Part shown: positions 15,309 through 25,567 of the stretch, piece after piece
How the letters are laid out: every line of letters begins with the position of its first letter
Position numbering within the stretch: the stretch's first letter is position 1
IMG/VR virus record: IMGVR_UViG_3300046355_000236
DNA from: a virus
Taxonomy: Duplodnaviria; Heunggongvirae; Uroviricota; Caudoviricetes
Length of the DNA stretch: 41,610 bases
Reading direction: 5' to 3' (one strand)
The notes under the pieces: model-generated
Databases searched by the model: none
Told to the model about the DNA's origin: nothing
The model's input: the letters and a program-made list of their open reading frames with translations, nothing else
Translations under genes and position numbers: made by a program

Positions 15309-18029
15309 GTGAAATTTTATACACACGTACACCGCAATTTTGATAAGATCTTCGTCAGAGGATATGAGGACGGCCAACGTTTTCAGGAGCAAGTTGATTA
15401 TCAACCTTATCTGTTTGTAACATCGAATGCAGAGTCAAATTACCGAACGCTAGACGGTCGGCCTGTGTCGAAGGTGCAACACGGCTCTATGACAGAAGCT
15501 CGTGAATATCTCAAGATGTATAACAACGTAAGTGGTCATGAAGTCTTTGGACTTGAGGCGTATGACTACTTGTACATCTACGACAACTATCCTGGTGAAA
15601 TTATGTACGACCCGACAATGATATCGGTCGTCACACTGGATATTGAGACCGACTCCGAGGGCGGTTTCCCCAACATTAAAGAAGCTGATAAAGCGCTGAC
15701 TGCTATTACGATTCGTAAGAACGATAAAGCCGTCACGTTTGGTATGCAAGAATACACACCAGAACTCGACTACGTCACATACATTCTGTGTCGGGATGAG
15801 AAGGATATGATTGCGCGCTTTCTTGATGTATGGCGTAGTTCAGAATGGCTTCCTGATGTCATCACTGGATGGAACGTTGAGTTCTTCGATATTCCATATC
15901 TGATCAACCGCATCACGCGTTTGTATGATGAGAAGATGGCCAAGCGCTTGTCTCCTTGGGACCGCTGGGAGCGCCGTCGTGATCCCACTCAGATCGAGTC
16001 TGTTGAGTATTTGAACGTGCCACTTGGCGTGACCATTCTTGATTACATGCAGTTGTATAAGAAGTTCACGTTCTCCCAACAAGAAAGCTTCAAGCTCGAT
16101 CACATCGCGTTTATGGAGCTCGGCGAGCGTAAGTTGGATTACACAGAGCTGGGGTTTGAAACTCTGGATGAGTTCTACAAAGGCGACTACCGCAACTACA
16201 TTAACTACAACATCCGAGACGTGGACTTGGTGTATCGCCTAGATCAGAAGATGAAGCTGCTTGAGCAAGTATACGCTATTGCATATGATGGCAAGGTGAA
16301 CTACATCGACAGCCTGACTACTGTAGGGATGTGGGACGTCATCATCCACAACTACTTACTGGATCGCGGTATCGTCATTCCTCTGAAAAAGAGAACCAAC
16401 AAAGCTCGTCAGATTGAAGGGGCGTTTGTTAAGGATCCTCAATGCGGTCTACATAAGTGGGTTGTGTCGTTTGACTTGAACAGTCTGTACCCACACTTGA
16501 TCATGCAGTATAACATCTCACCAGAGACGTTGGAAGGACAGATGTTGCAGTACGATCTTGCAGTCACACCTCGCAGTGTGGATATGTTCTTGGATGGTGA
16601 AATCACACTTGTTCGTTCAGAAGAGGAGCGTGAAAATACATTCCAAAATATCGAGCAAGCAATGTACGGCCTTGTTGAGGAAGCAGTGTATACGCATAGC
16701 GAAGTTAAGCGCGCTATCAACCTATCGAAGATCTTCCTGCAATACGAAACCGTGTCTGAAGTGTTGGATAAATATAACAGCACGATCACTCCAACAGGAT
16801 GTGTGTTTACAAAGGACACCAAAGGGTTCCTACCAACGCTGATGGAAACGATGTACAATGATCGTTCAGCGTGGAAGAAACGCATGCTGCAAGCAAAGAA
16901 GGATTATGAAAAGAACCCTTCACAAGCATTGGAGAATGAGATTGCTCGTTGCCACAACATGCAATTGGCCAAGAAGATTCAGCTGAACTCAGCTTATGGT
17001 GCTTTGTCCAATCAATACTTCCGCTGGTTCGATAACCGACTAGCAGAATCTATTACGAAATCTGGCCAGCTATCGATTCGCTGGATGGAACGTAAAATCA
17101 ACCAATATCTCAACAAAGTTCTCAAAACAACTGACAAAGACTATGTGCTTGCCATCGATACTGATTCGATGTATATCACGCTTGATGGTTTAGTTGCTAA
17201 CGTGTTTAAAGACAAGCAAGCGACAAATGAAGAGATTGTTAGCTATCTGGATAAAGCCTGTCAGAATATCTTTGAACCATTCATCGATAAGAGCTACCAA
17301 GAGTTGGCTACGTATACTCGTGCATATGCACAGAAGATGCAGATGAAACGCGAAGCGATTGCTAACAAGGGTATCTGGACAGGTAAGAAGCACTACATTT
17401 TGAACTTGTATGATTTAGAGGGTGTGCGCTATGCTGAACCTAAGCTGAAAATGCAAGGGATTGAAGCTGTCCGATCCTCCACCCCAGCAGCCTGTCGTGA
17501 GAACATCAAGAAAGCTCTTGTTGTTATTATGAACCAGGAAGAGAAGGACTTGCAGGAGTTTATCAGAAACTTCCGTAAGCAATTCAAGCAACTACCGTTC
17601 GAAGACGTGGCATTCCCACGTAGTGTTCGCGGCCTGTTGAAGAAGGATGTTGTTGGTAAAGATGGTAAGATGATTCAGAAGTCTTACAACACCGGTACAT
17701 TAAACTTCCTTCCAAGTACCCCTATCCACGTTAAAGGTGCTTTAATGTACAACTTCCTGTTGAAACTGAAAAAGCTCAACAATAAGTATGTCCCCATTGG
17801 CGAAGGTGAGAAGATTAAGTTCTGTTATGTACTGGGTTCAGCTCCTGTTCCTACAAACGTGATTGCGGCGCCTGGTAAGATGCCAAAAGAGCTTGGAATG
17901 GACAAGTACCTCGATTACGACACTCAGTTTCAAAAGTCATTTGTTGAACCTTTGAAGACAATTATGGATGCAATTGGGTGGGAAGAGGGCAACGACCAGC
18001 AAACCTTAGAATCGTTTTTTGGAGACTGA
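15309..18029 (+). CDS. 43: Family B DNA polymerase (gp43)
   Basis: Exonuclease DIETD and GWNVEFFD motifs; polymerase SFDLNSLYP, KIQLNSAYG, DTDS and KKHY motifs. Confidence 0.98.
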   Translation: MKFYTHVHRNFDKIFVRGYEDGQRFQEQVDYQPYLFVTSNAESNYRTLDGRPVSKVQHGSMTEAREYLKMYNNVSGHEVFGLEAYDYLYIYDNYPGEIMYDPTMISVVTLDIETDSEGGFPNIKEADKALTAITIRKNDKAVTFGMQEYTPELDYVTYILCRDEKDMIARFLDVWRSSEWLPDVITGWNVEFFDIPYLINRITRLYDEKMAKRLSPWDRWERRRDPTQIESVEYLNVPLGVTILDYMQLYKKFTFSQQESFKLDHIAFMELGERKLDYTELGFETLDEFYKGDYRNYINYNIRDVDLVYRLDQKMKLLEQVYAIAYDGKVNYIDSLTTVGMWDVIIHNYLLDRGIVIPLKKRTNKARQIEGAFVKDPQCGLHKWVVSFDLNSLYPHLIMQYNISPETLEGQMLQYDLAVTPRSVDMFLDGEITLVRSEEERENTFQNIEQAMYGLVEEAVYTHSEVKRAINLSKIFLQYETVSEVLDKYNSTITPTGCVFTKDTKGFLPTLMETMYNDRSAWKKRMLQAKKDYEKNPSQALENEIARCHNMQLAKKIQLNSAYGALSNQYFRWFDNRLAESITKSGQLSIRWMERKINQYLNKVLKTTDKDYVLAIDTDSMYITLDGLVANVFKDKQATNEEIVSYLDKACQNIFEPFIDKSYQELATYTRAYAQKMQMKREAIANKGIWTGKKHYILNLYDLEGVRYAEPKLKMQGIEAVRSSTPAACRENIKKALVVIMNQEEKDLQEFIRNFRKQFKQLPFEDVAFPRSVRGLLKKDVVGKDGKMIQKSYNTGTLNFLPSTPIHVKGALMYNFLLKLKKLNNKYVPIGEGEKIKFCYVLGSAPVPTNVIAAPGKMPKELGMDKYLDYDTQFQKSFVEPLKTIMDAIGWEEGNDQQTLESFFGD

Positions 18030-18030
18030 T

Positions 18031-18276
18031 ATGGATGAATTTGATTTTGGTTTTACAACCTTGGATGAAAAGGATGTAATTACACCAGAGACGCATGATG
18101 AGTTGACAGAACAGCTCCAACAATTGTATAATGCCATCATACCCTTATTGAAGAATCTCAACGCTAATCCTGAAAAGGAATACATCGTTTGGCCCAACCG
18201 GTCAGAAAAGATCAAGGCATTCAAAGAGAAGATCGATAAGATTGTTGGCAACACTATTGTAACAAAGAAATTATAA
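18031..18276 (+). CDS. Conserved hypothetical protein of T4-like phages
   Basis: FDFGF N-terminus and IIPLLKNL..NPEKEYI.WPNR motif. GGAG RBS. Confidence 0.75.
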   Translation: MDEFDFGFTTLDEKDVITPETHDELTEQLQQLYNAIIPLLKNLNANPEKEYIVWPNRSEKIKAFKEKIDKIVGNTIVTKKL

Positions 18277-18467
18277 TGGACTTTGAAACACATCCCCGCG
18301 GCACTGCCGCAGAGCTCAAGGCATCTCGTGAGCTCGCACAAGAAATCAAGCTAACCATTGAGCAGTATAGCCCTGGAATTTTTCCACAGAATGTTCTGCA
18401 GGCCTATAACCGTTTGTATGGTCAATATATTAAACAAATACAACAAGAGGATATGACGTATGAGTGA
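18276..18467 (+). CDS. Hypothetical protein
   Basis: TAATG coupling; fills the gap before uvsX. Confidence 0.65.
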   Translation: MDFETHPRGTAAELKASRELAQEIKLTIEQYSPGIFPQNVLQAYNRLYGQYIKQIQQEDMTYE

Positions 18468-19476
18468 TTTTTTTCGTAGTTTAGTGAAGGATTTGAAAGA
18501 TGAAGATACTACTATGGCCATTGACGGCACTGGCAGTGCTGAGTTTGGGGGCTTTATTGATACTGGCAGCTATGCTCTCAATGCTGTTCTCAGTGGTAGC
18601 ATCTTCGGTGGCGTCCCTGATAATAAAGTTACTGCTTTTGCAGGGGAGTCCACTACTGGTAAAACTTACTTCGTTCTTGGGATCGTCCAATCTTTCCTCG
18701 ACGCAAACCCAGATGGAGGAGTAGTATACTACGACACCGAGGCAGCGATTACCAAGGGAATGATGGAAGATCGTGGGATTGATACATCTCGCGTCATTAT
18801 TGCTGAACCCGATACGATCCAGAAGTTTAAAACACATGCACTTAAATTGATCGATGCGTATGAAAAGCAGCCTGCTGACAAACGTCCACCTATGATGTTT
18901 GTGTTGGACAGTTTGGGCCAGTTGTCTACCTCCAAGGAGATGGAGGATAGTCTGGAAGGTAAAGATACACGTGATATGACAAAATCACAAATTATCAAAG
19001 CAGCATTCCGTGTGCTGACTTTGAAGCTGGCAAAGGTAAAGATTCCGTTGCTGGTTACCAATCACGTTTACGAGCTTGTCGGCTCGTACGTGCCTACCAA
19101 GGAGATTAGTGGTGGTTCAGGTCTCAAGTACGCAGCTAGCACGATTGCTATGCTCTCCAAACGAAAAGAAAAGGATGGAACAGACATCGTTGGCAACATT
19201 GTCAAAATTAAGATGCACAAGTCCAGGCTCTCAAAAGAAAACAGCCAAGTCGAAGTGCTTCTTAGTTACGCCACAGGTCTCGACCGATACTATGGTTTGC
19301 TAGATATTGCTGAGAAGCATGGGATTTTTAAAAAGGTCTCGACGCGATATGAATTGCCAAATGGCAAGACTGCTTTTGGGAAAAACATTAACGAAAATCC
19401 CGAAGAGTATTACACCGAAGAAGTGCTGAAACGAATTGATGAGGCAGCACAAAAAGAATTTAAATATGGAGTTTAA
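18460..19476 (+). CDS. uvsX: RecA-like recombinase UvsX
   Basis: IDTGSY.LN, AGESTTGKT, YYDTE, LDSLG, TNH and GGSGLKYAAS motifs. Confidence 0.96.
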   Translation: MSDFFRSLVKDLKDEDTTMAIDGTGSAEFGGFIDTGSYALNAVLSGSIFGGVPDNKVTAFAGESTTGKTYFVLGIVQSFLDANPDGGVVYYDTEAAITKGMMEDRGIDTSRVIIAEPDTIQKFKTHALKLIDAYEKQPADKRPPMMFVLDSLGQLSTSKEMEDSLEGKDTRDMTKSQIIKAAFRVLTLKLAKVKIPLLVTNHVYELVGSYVPTKEISGGSGLKYAASTIAMLSKRKEKDGTDIVGNIVKIKMHKSRLSKENSQVEVLLSYATGLDRYYGLLDIAEKHGIFKKVSTRYELPNGKTAFGKNINENPEEYYTEEVLKRIDEAAQKEFKYGV

Positions 19477-19478
19477 TT

Positions 19479-20111
19479 ATGAGTACAGAACTGACACCTA
19501 CCACTAACGAAAAGAACGTTATCAATTACAATCCTGTCTTCCCTGTCATGTTTGCAGATGTTAAACTGGATCTGCCTATCGAAGACATGGCTCAGGACAT
19601 CTTGTCTCTGGCAGTTGATACGGAAAACTATGACGGTGGTTATACCACATTCTTCAACCGTCAGAATATTGAGCACATCCGCGGGTATAAACAGTTGATG
19701 GAAGCGATCTACGGTGTTGTGCTAGCATACACTCGTGAGATGAAGTATGAGGTCAATGCAGATAAATGCAGTATCCATGCATGGGCTAGTGTGATGCGTA
19801 AGGGCGGTTTCCACGGCGTCCATAACCACCCACGTTCGCAATTCTCAGGAACGTTCTATATCAAGTGCGATGAGACGACGAGCCCGATTGTGTTCCACAA
19901 TCCAACAGAACCATTCCGTATGCACGATCCGCTTGTCGGCCGTCCGGAAGATTTTACACCGTTCACGTCACCTACAATGAGTGTCCAGCCAAAAGAAAAC
20001 ACAATGATGATTTGGCCTTCATGGGTAAACCATCACGTTGAAAAGATGCATGTCGGTGGCCCACGTATCGCAATTTCGTTCAACGTCGATTTCCTGCCAC
20101 CAGGAGTCTAA
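19479..20111 (+). CDS. 2OG-Fe(II) oxygenase, TIGR02466-like
   Basis: HNHP..FSG.FY, WPSW..H.V and RI.ISFN motifs. Confidence 0.85.
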   Translation: MSTELTPTTNEKNVINYNPVFPVMFADVKLDLPIEDMAQDILSLAVDTENYDGGYTTFFNRQNIEHIRGYKQLMEAIYGVVLAYTREMKYEVNADKCSIHAWASVMRKGGFHGVHNHPRSQFSGTFYIKCDETTSPIVFHNPTEPFRMHDPLVGRPEDFTPFTSPTMSVQPKENTMMIWPSWVNHHVEKMHVGGPRIAISFNVDFLPPGV

Positions 20112-20114
20112 TAT

Positions 20115-21485
20115 ATGGTTGAAGATTTGATTCTATCAAGTCTCATTCATAACGAGGGATATGGCCGTAAGGTCATTCCCTTTTTGCGGGCTGAGTATTT
20201 TGGTAACAAAATCGACAAGACGATCTATCAAACGGTTGATTCGTTTGTTCAGAAGTATAACAAGTTTCCTACACATGAAGCTGTATGGATCGAGTTGCAA
20301 GATGTTAAGACTTTTAACGAAGAGGAATTCCAGCTTGCAAAGGAAAAACTCGACGCACTAACACCTAGTGATTCAGAAACTGATTGGCTCGTTGATAAAA
20401 CAGAAAAGTTCTGTAAAGACAAAGCCATCTACAATGCAATCGCACAGTCCATTCAGATTTTGGATGACAAGACTGGTAACTTATCTCCTGGGTCCATTCC
20501 TGCCATGCTGGAAGAGGCGCTCGCTGTATCGTTCGATACACAGATTGGTCATGATTTCTTTGACGACTCTGAAAGCCGCTATGACTTCTACCACAAAAAG
20601 GAATCACGCGTTCCTTTTGACATCGATTACCTGAATAAAATTACAAAAGGTGGCTTGCCTAAAAAGACACTCAATGTCATTTTGGCAGGTACGGGTGTTG
20701 GTAAGTCGTTGTTTATGTGCCATATGGCTGCGTCCAACCTAGCAGCAGGTCGCAACGTTCTGTACATTACGATGGAAATGGCAGAAGAGCGGATTGCTGA
20801 ACGTATCGATGCAAACTTGCTCAATACTTCACTTGATCAGTTGTCGTTTATGCCACGCGACGCTTTTCAGAAGAAAATCGAACGTGTCAAGGAAAAAACA
20901 CCCGGTAAACTGATCATTAAGGAATATCCAACTGCGTCTGCTGGTTCTGCAAACTTCCGCCACTTGCTTAACGAGTTGAAACTTAAAAAGAAGTTTAAAC
21001 CTGATATCATCTTTATCGACTATCTGAATATTTGCTGCTCAAGCAGAATGAAGCAAGGTGCCAATGTCAACTCATATACATACATTAAAGCAATCGCCGA
21101 AGAGTTGAGGGGATTGGCTGTAGAGTTTGACGTTCCTATGGTATCCGCCACTCAAACAACCCGAACAGGGTTTACGAGCTCGGATATTGGTCTGGAAGAT
21201 ACATCAGAATCGTTTGGTTTGCCTGCAACGGTCGACCTTATGTTGGCGATGATTTCAACAGAAGAATTGCAAGCGCTCAACCAAGTGATGTTCAAGCAGT
21301 TAAAAAACCGCTACGCAGACCCAACATTCCTTCGACGCTTTGTTGTCGGTGTGGACAGATCAAAGATGAAGTTGTACGACGTCGAGCAATCAGCTCAAGA
21401 TGATGTTGTTAAAGACGATGTACCTCTGTTCGATAAAAGCACTGATAAGAAGTTTTCTAAGGATGCGTTTAAAGGATTCAGCTAA
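20115..21485 (+). CDS. 41: Replicative DNA helicase (gp41)
   Basis: AGTGVGKS, YITMEMAEE.I.ERIDAN, IKEYPT, IDYLN, SATQ, SESFGLPAT and QLKNRY motifs. Confidence 0.97.
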   Translation: MVEDLILSSLIHNEGYGRKVIPFLRAEYFGNKIDKTIYQTVDSFVQKYNKFPTHEAVWIELQDVKTFNEEEFQLAKEKLDALTPSDSETDWLVDKTEKFCKDKAIYNAIAQSIQILDDKTGNLSPGSIPAMLEEALAVSFDTQIGHDFFDDSESRYDFYHKKESRVPFDIDYLNKITKGGLPKKTLNVILAGTGVGKSLFMCHMAASNLAAGRNVLYITMEMAEERIAERIDANLLNTSLDQLSFMPRDAFQKKIERVKEKTPGKLIIKEYPTASAGSANFRHLLNELKLKKKFKPDIIFIDYLNICCSSRMKQGANVNSYTYIKAIAEELRGLAVEFDVPMVSATQTTRTGFTSSDIGLEDTSESFGLPATVDLMLAMISTEELQALNQVMFKQLKNRYADPTFLRRFVVGVDRSKMKLYDVEQSAQDDVVKDDVPLFDKSTDKKFSKDAFKGFS

Positions 21486-21643
21486 TGCTGCTTAAAATGA
21501 TATTGTGGGTGTTGTTATATCCACTTGTGGTTGGTGGATATGCCCTAATGTCCATCTTCGAGGTGGCTGTGTTTATATTCAATTCGCCTGTTGATGTTTG
21601 GACAATTATTAGCGATTCAATCGACAACCCACAGGAAGAGTAA
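21485..21643 (+). CDS. Small membrane protein (52 aa)
   Basis: Read directly as MLLKMILWVLLYPLVVGGYALMSIFEVAVFIF..., with TAATG coupling at both ends. Confidence 0.6.
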   Translation: MLLKMILWVLLYPLVVGGYALMSIFEVAVFIFNSPVDVWTIISDSIDNPQEE

Positions 21644-22089
21644 TGAATGTAAAGGTGACTGGATGTAAGAATGAGAAACTGAAACAGGAAATCATTAAAG
21701 CATCGCGCTTCTTTGCGAAGGAGTTGTTGTCACATCAGATGCTTCCCCATATTGACGTCAAAATTATATTCAAGACTCGATTGGTTGATCTAGGAAATTG
21801 CATGGCTACTCACGTCAATGAGTGGAACAAACCTCGTACGTTTGAAATACAACTACGAAAAGGACGTTCATTGACGAGCACTTTATGCACATTAGCACAT
21901 GAATTTGTTCATTTGAAACAATTTGCTAGGAACGAGTTAGCTGATGATCATTCTTGTTGGAAAGGGTTTTACATAGATCCTGAAACAATTGATTACGAAG
22001 ATCAACCATGGGAAATAGAGGCGTTTTTCAAAGAGCGGATACTGTTTCACCTATACAAAGATGCCACCAATACGTCCCCGTCTAAATAA
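21643..22089 (+). CDS. HExxH zinc metallopeptidase-like protein
   Basis: TLAHEFVHLKQF and downstream YEDQPWEIEA motifs. Confidence 0.75.
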   Translation: MNVKVTGCKNEKLKQEIIKASRFFAKELLSHQMLPHIDVKIIFKTRLVDLGNCMATHVNEWNKPRTFEIQLRKGRSLTSTLCTLAHEFVHLKQFARNELADDHSCWKGFYIDPETIDYEDQPWEIEAFFKERILFHLYKDATNTSPSK

Positions 22090-22288
22090 CGAAAATGCGT
22101 CGAATTTACTTTCGTTTGAGCCTGTGCTGATACAAGACTGGGTGACAAACGTCAGTAAATATGGACCGACTGGTAAGTACTGTATTACAATGTTCCATCG
22201 ATACAGACATACTGCGCGTGTTGGTTTTTATAGCGACGAAGATGATATTCTCGATTTTATAACCAACACAATTCAACCGAAAGATTAA
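22061..22288 (+). CDS. Hypothetical protein
   Basis: Packed ORF in the operon. Confidence 0.55.
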   Translation: MPPIRPRLNNENASNLLSFEPVLIQDWVTNVSKYGPTGKYCITMFHRYRHTARVGFYSDEDDILDFITNTIQPKD

Positions 22289-22290
22289 TA

Positions 22291-22860
22291 ATGGATATTA
22301 CACGTAGACAGTTATTGGATGCATTCAATGCAGCTGGTACCGACAAAGGAGTCATGCATGGGTATGATCAAATGTATCATGAGGTGCTCAGCAAAGTACC
22401 GGTAATCAATAAAATGCTCGAAGTTGGTGTGTTTAAGGGAGCTTCTCTTAACGCATGGCGTGCAATTTTACCAGGTGTAGAGCTTGTAGGTATTGATCGA
22501 ACAATCCGTACAGACATTCCTCCTGAAACATTTACAAATGCTCGGATCATCGAGGCAAATTCTGCTCGTTCTTCTGTCAAGGAGATTGTAGGTACAGGGT
22601 ATGATATCATTATCGATGATGGTGATCACCGCCCAGACTGGCAGTGGCAGACGTTCCTTAACTTGGAAGGCTGCTGGGATCAGGTTTATATTATTGAAGA
22701 TGTAATGAGCGCGGATAATGAAAAGCTGCTGCGCCGCCGCCTCGTTAGCAAGGGATACACCAAGATCCAAACATATTCATCCTTACTTAAGCAAGCACCG
22801 GTACAGAACCGCGGTGTAATGGAGAAGATGGACTTTTTTGGTATGGTCATTTACAAATAA
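22291..22860 (+). CDS. Class I SAM-dependent methyltransferase (sugar O-methyltransferase-like)
   Basis: GTDK..HGY, LEVGV..GASL..W, GID, DIIIDDGDH and YIIEDV motifs. Confidence 0.8.
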   Translation: MDITRRQLLDAFNAAGTDKGVMHGYDQMYHEVLSKVPVINKMLEVGVFKGASLNAWRAILPGVELVGIDRTIRTDIPPETFTNARIIEANSARSSVKEIVGTGYDIIIDDGDHRPDWQWQTFLNLEGCWDQVYIIEDVMSADNEKLLRRRLVSKGYTKIQTYSSLLKQAPVQNRGVMEKMDFFGMVIYK

Positions 22861-23664
22861 ATGATCGACATACAGTGGAAGGGGAAAGTCGGATATGGTG
22901 ATATCGTTTCCCCCATTTGTTATGCACACAACCTGTCCTACAAGCTAGGAGAACAGGTTGACCTCACGTTTAGGTGGGATGGGGATTGTATGCAGAAGAT
23001 ACACCCATCTGATCCTGAGACGTTGTGGGAACGCGCAAGCTATTTGTTTAGCAAGTGTACAAAAGACAGAACCAATGTCAACTTAATCCACAAATTCAAT
23101 GCTCCACTCAAGATCAACCATTCAAACTATGATTGGGATGTGGTAGGCAGCGATCGCTTCCACAACTATTGGGTGCCTGTCAAAGAAAACAGAAACGAAA
23201 CAAATATTATTGTTGTCAATAGCACAGACAATAATGTAATGTCTCTTTCCCAGTATGGTAAGTCGTGGAAAGATCCGATTGCTAATGATTGGCTTTATCT
23301 AGTAGTATCCCTTAAAGAACAAGGCTTTGAAGTAGTAACCGTCGATTACCGCACTCCTATTGATTATCTGTACAACACTTTGCTGTCAGCAAAAGGGTTC
23401 ATTGGTTATCATGGAACCGCAGCATGGGTTGCTCGCATGACACATACACCTTCCATTCTCTTTTCACAGGGTGGAAGCTTGACTAAAAACGCCTTCTTTA
23501 GTGCCACGATACACAAAGGTGCAGATGAGATCGAACGCGTGTTGAATGGAGTTGAGGGTAAGTTTTTGCTGGCTCGTAATGACATTGCTACCCATCGCGA
23601 CGATTACTTCCGCAAGTATGCACCTGGTGTTAAGTTTTTGAGGAGTTTAACGCATGGCGTTTAA
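22861..23664 (+). CDS. Putative GT-B glycosyltransferase (GT9-like)
   Basis: N-terminal GYGD and C-terminal K.....W ... FIGYHGTAAWVA....PS pattern, reminiscent of heptosyltransferase folds. Supported by the neighbouring genes. Confidence 0.45.
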   Translation: MIDIQWKGKVGYGDIVSPICYAHNLSYKLGEQVDLTFRWDGDCMQKIHPSDPETLWERASYLFSKCTKDRTNVNLIHKFNAPLKINHSNYDWDVVGSDRFHNYWVPVKENRNETNIIVVNSTDNNVMSLSQYGKSWKDPIANDWLYLVVSLKEQGFEVVTVDYRTPIDYLYNTLLSAKGFIGYHGTAAWVARMTHTPSILFSQGGSLTKNAFFSATIHKGADEIERVLNGVEGKFLLARNDIATHRDDYFRKYAPGVKFLRSLTHGV

Positions 23665-24358
23665 CGTATACATTGGTTATGATGCACGAGAAGACATTGC
23701 TGCTGAGGTGTGCAAGTTCTCCATCCAGAAAAGACTTACATCATATGCAAATGTTCGTTACCTCAGAAGTAACAACATTCTCGGTTATGCTCGTGTCAAC
23801 GGCGGCCCACAATCAACTGATTTTACATACACTCGCTTCTTTATTCCTTCACTGGAGGGGTACAAGGGGTTTTCTGTCTTTTGTGATTGCGACTTTTTGT
23901 TCATCGATGATATTAATGAGCTGATGGCATCGATCGATCCAACAAAAGCAGTCAGTGTTGTTAAGCACCCTCGATACATTCCCAACACAGACATTAAGAT
24001 GGATGGTATATCCCAACATCCCATGGCACGCAAAAACTGGGCAAGCTTGATGGTGTTTAATAACGCACATCCATCGAACGCTATACTAACACCCGACTAT
24101 GTCAACACAGTAGAGCCTGGAAGATCTCTCCACCAATTTGCATGGTTGAAAGATGAAGAGATTGGTTCCATATCGCTTGATTGGAATACACTCGATGGAT
24201 ACTACGAACTAGATAATCCACGCGCGATTCACTATACTGATGGTGGGCCGTGGTTTGCTGAATATAAACAAACACAATATTCCAATTACTGGTGGAACGA
24301 ATACGATGACTACATTAACACTTGCGGAAAGCAACGAACTTTATCGCCTAACACATGA
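23654..24358 (+). CDS. GT-A glycosyltransferase (GT8/CDI-like)
   Basis: YIGYD.RE, STDFTYTRF, FCDCDFLF, KNWAS.M.FN and HYTDGGPW motifs. Confidence 0.85.
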   Translation: MAFNVYIGYDAREDIAAEVCKFSIQKRLTSYANVRYLRSNNILGYARVNGGPQSTDFTYTRFFIPSLEGYKGFSVFCDCDFLFIDDINELMASIDPTKAVSVVKHPRYIPNTDIKMDGISQHPMARKNWASLMVFNNAHPSNAILTPDYVNTVEPGRSLHQFAWLKDEEIGSISLDWNTLDGYYELDNPRAIHYTDGGPWFAEYKQTQYSNYWWNEYDDYINTCGKQRTLSPNT

Positions 24359-24815
24359 ACAGCATTCTGATTACTTTGCTGGATACTCTATCATGGAGTA
24401 TGTGTATGAAATTGGTCACCTAATCAAACATTCAAATGTAACATCTGTTATTGATTATGGATGTGGAAAAGCACGTGCATGGAAGATGTACAACCTCAAA
24501 CAACTTTGGAAGTTGCACGATGTCCAGCTCTATGACCCGGGCGTTGATGAGTATGCTCTGAAACCATACACACCCCGCGACATGGTTATATGTACGGATG
24601 TGCTTGAACACGTACCGGAACATCTCGTGGATGAGGTGCTGGCGGATATTGAATCACTTGCTACAAAGGTTGTGTTTCTAAACATCTCAACACGCCCAGC
24701 AAGCAAGAAGCTAGTGGACGGATCAAATGCTCATGCAACTGTCAAGCCTGCTCACTGGTGGCAAGCGAAGATCGACAAGATGAACAAGTTGGTGATTACG
24801 CACTACACCTCATGA
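24306..24815 (+). CDS. Class I SAM-dependent methyltransferase
   Basis: IDYGCGK, YDPG, CTDVLEHVPE and NAH.TV...WW motifs. Confidence 0.85.
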   Translation: MTTLTLAESNELYRLTHEQHSDYFAGYSIMEYVYEIGHLIKHSNVTSVIDYGCGKARAWKMYNLKQLWKLHDVQLYDPGVDEYALKPYTPRDMVICTDVLEHVPEHLVDEVLADIESLATKVVFLNISTRPASKKLVDGSNAHATVKPAHWWQAKIDKMNKLVITHYTS

Positions 24816-25567
24816 TTTCCTGCAACGTAACATATTATAATGAGCCGACATGGCTCAAGTGGTGGTATAAGACTGTCAAAAATCTCAACGAGCAGGGATA
24901 CGACATTATGCTCAACGTATGTGATGACGGATCACAGCGATTACCTGCTTCTGAATTCTTTAACAAACACACACCTACCGATAAGATGCGACTGTTTCGT
25001 GTGAAAGAGGATATTGGGTTTAATTCGCATGGTGCACGTAATTTGCTAATGAAGCAAACGCTGACTGAGTGGAACCTTATGTCTGATATCGATAGAAGAT
25101 ACCCAGAAGAAACGCTGAAACAGTTTGCTGAGTTTGCTGACGTAAAGTTACAACGTGGTAACTATTACTCGTTACTAGAGATGATCAAGACATCGCCTGA
25201 TGGATATTCTGTCAATGATTTCATTGTCAATTCATATGACTTTTGGAGAACAGGTGGGTACGATGAAGAGTTTGTCAACATTCATTGGGGTGATAGGTGG
25301 TTCTTAGACACTCTGCGACATGTTGCACGACGTATTCTTCTTCCCGAATGGAAAGTTAAATATGTACGCGGTGCTCGTGAAGTAACATGGGCTGATGTAC
25401 CAACTACCCAGTACCCAGATGATCAAACGTTGATTCATCCAAATAACAGGTGGCCTGATGAGGATTTCCGCTTTGGTTTGAAAGATAGAATCAAAGAGCG
25501 AAACAAAACAGAAGAAGGCCGCAAGTCCAAACAAGTAATCAATTTTGAATGGGAACAGGTGTTCTAA
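24812..25567 (+). CDS. GT2/GT7-like glycosyltransferase
   Basis: TYYN, VCDDGS, ARN, SDID (DxD) and GGYDEEF..WGD motifs. Confidence 0.8.
   Translation: MISCNVTYYNEPTWLKWWYKTVKNLNEQGYDIMLNVCDDGSQRLPASEFFNKHTPTDKMRLFRVKEDIGFNSHGARNLLMKQTLTEWNLMSDIDRRYPEETLKQFAEFADVKLQRGNYYSLLEMIKTSPDGYSVNDFIVNSYDFWRTGGYDEEFVNIHWGDRWFLDTLRHVARRILLPEWKVKYVRGAREVTWADVPTTQYPDDQTLIHPNNRWPDEDFRFGLKDRIKERNKTEEGRKSKQVINFEWEQVF

Noticed and set aside
16530-16790. Intein in DNA polymerase
   Set aside because: The insert is too short and lacks the N-terminal Cys/Ser and C-terminal His-Asn splice motifs. None was seen in the helicase or nrdA either.
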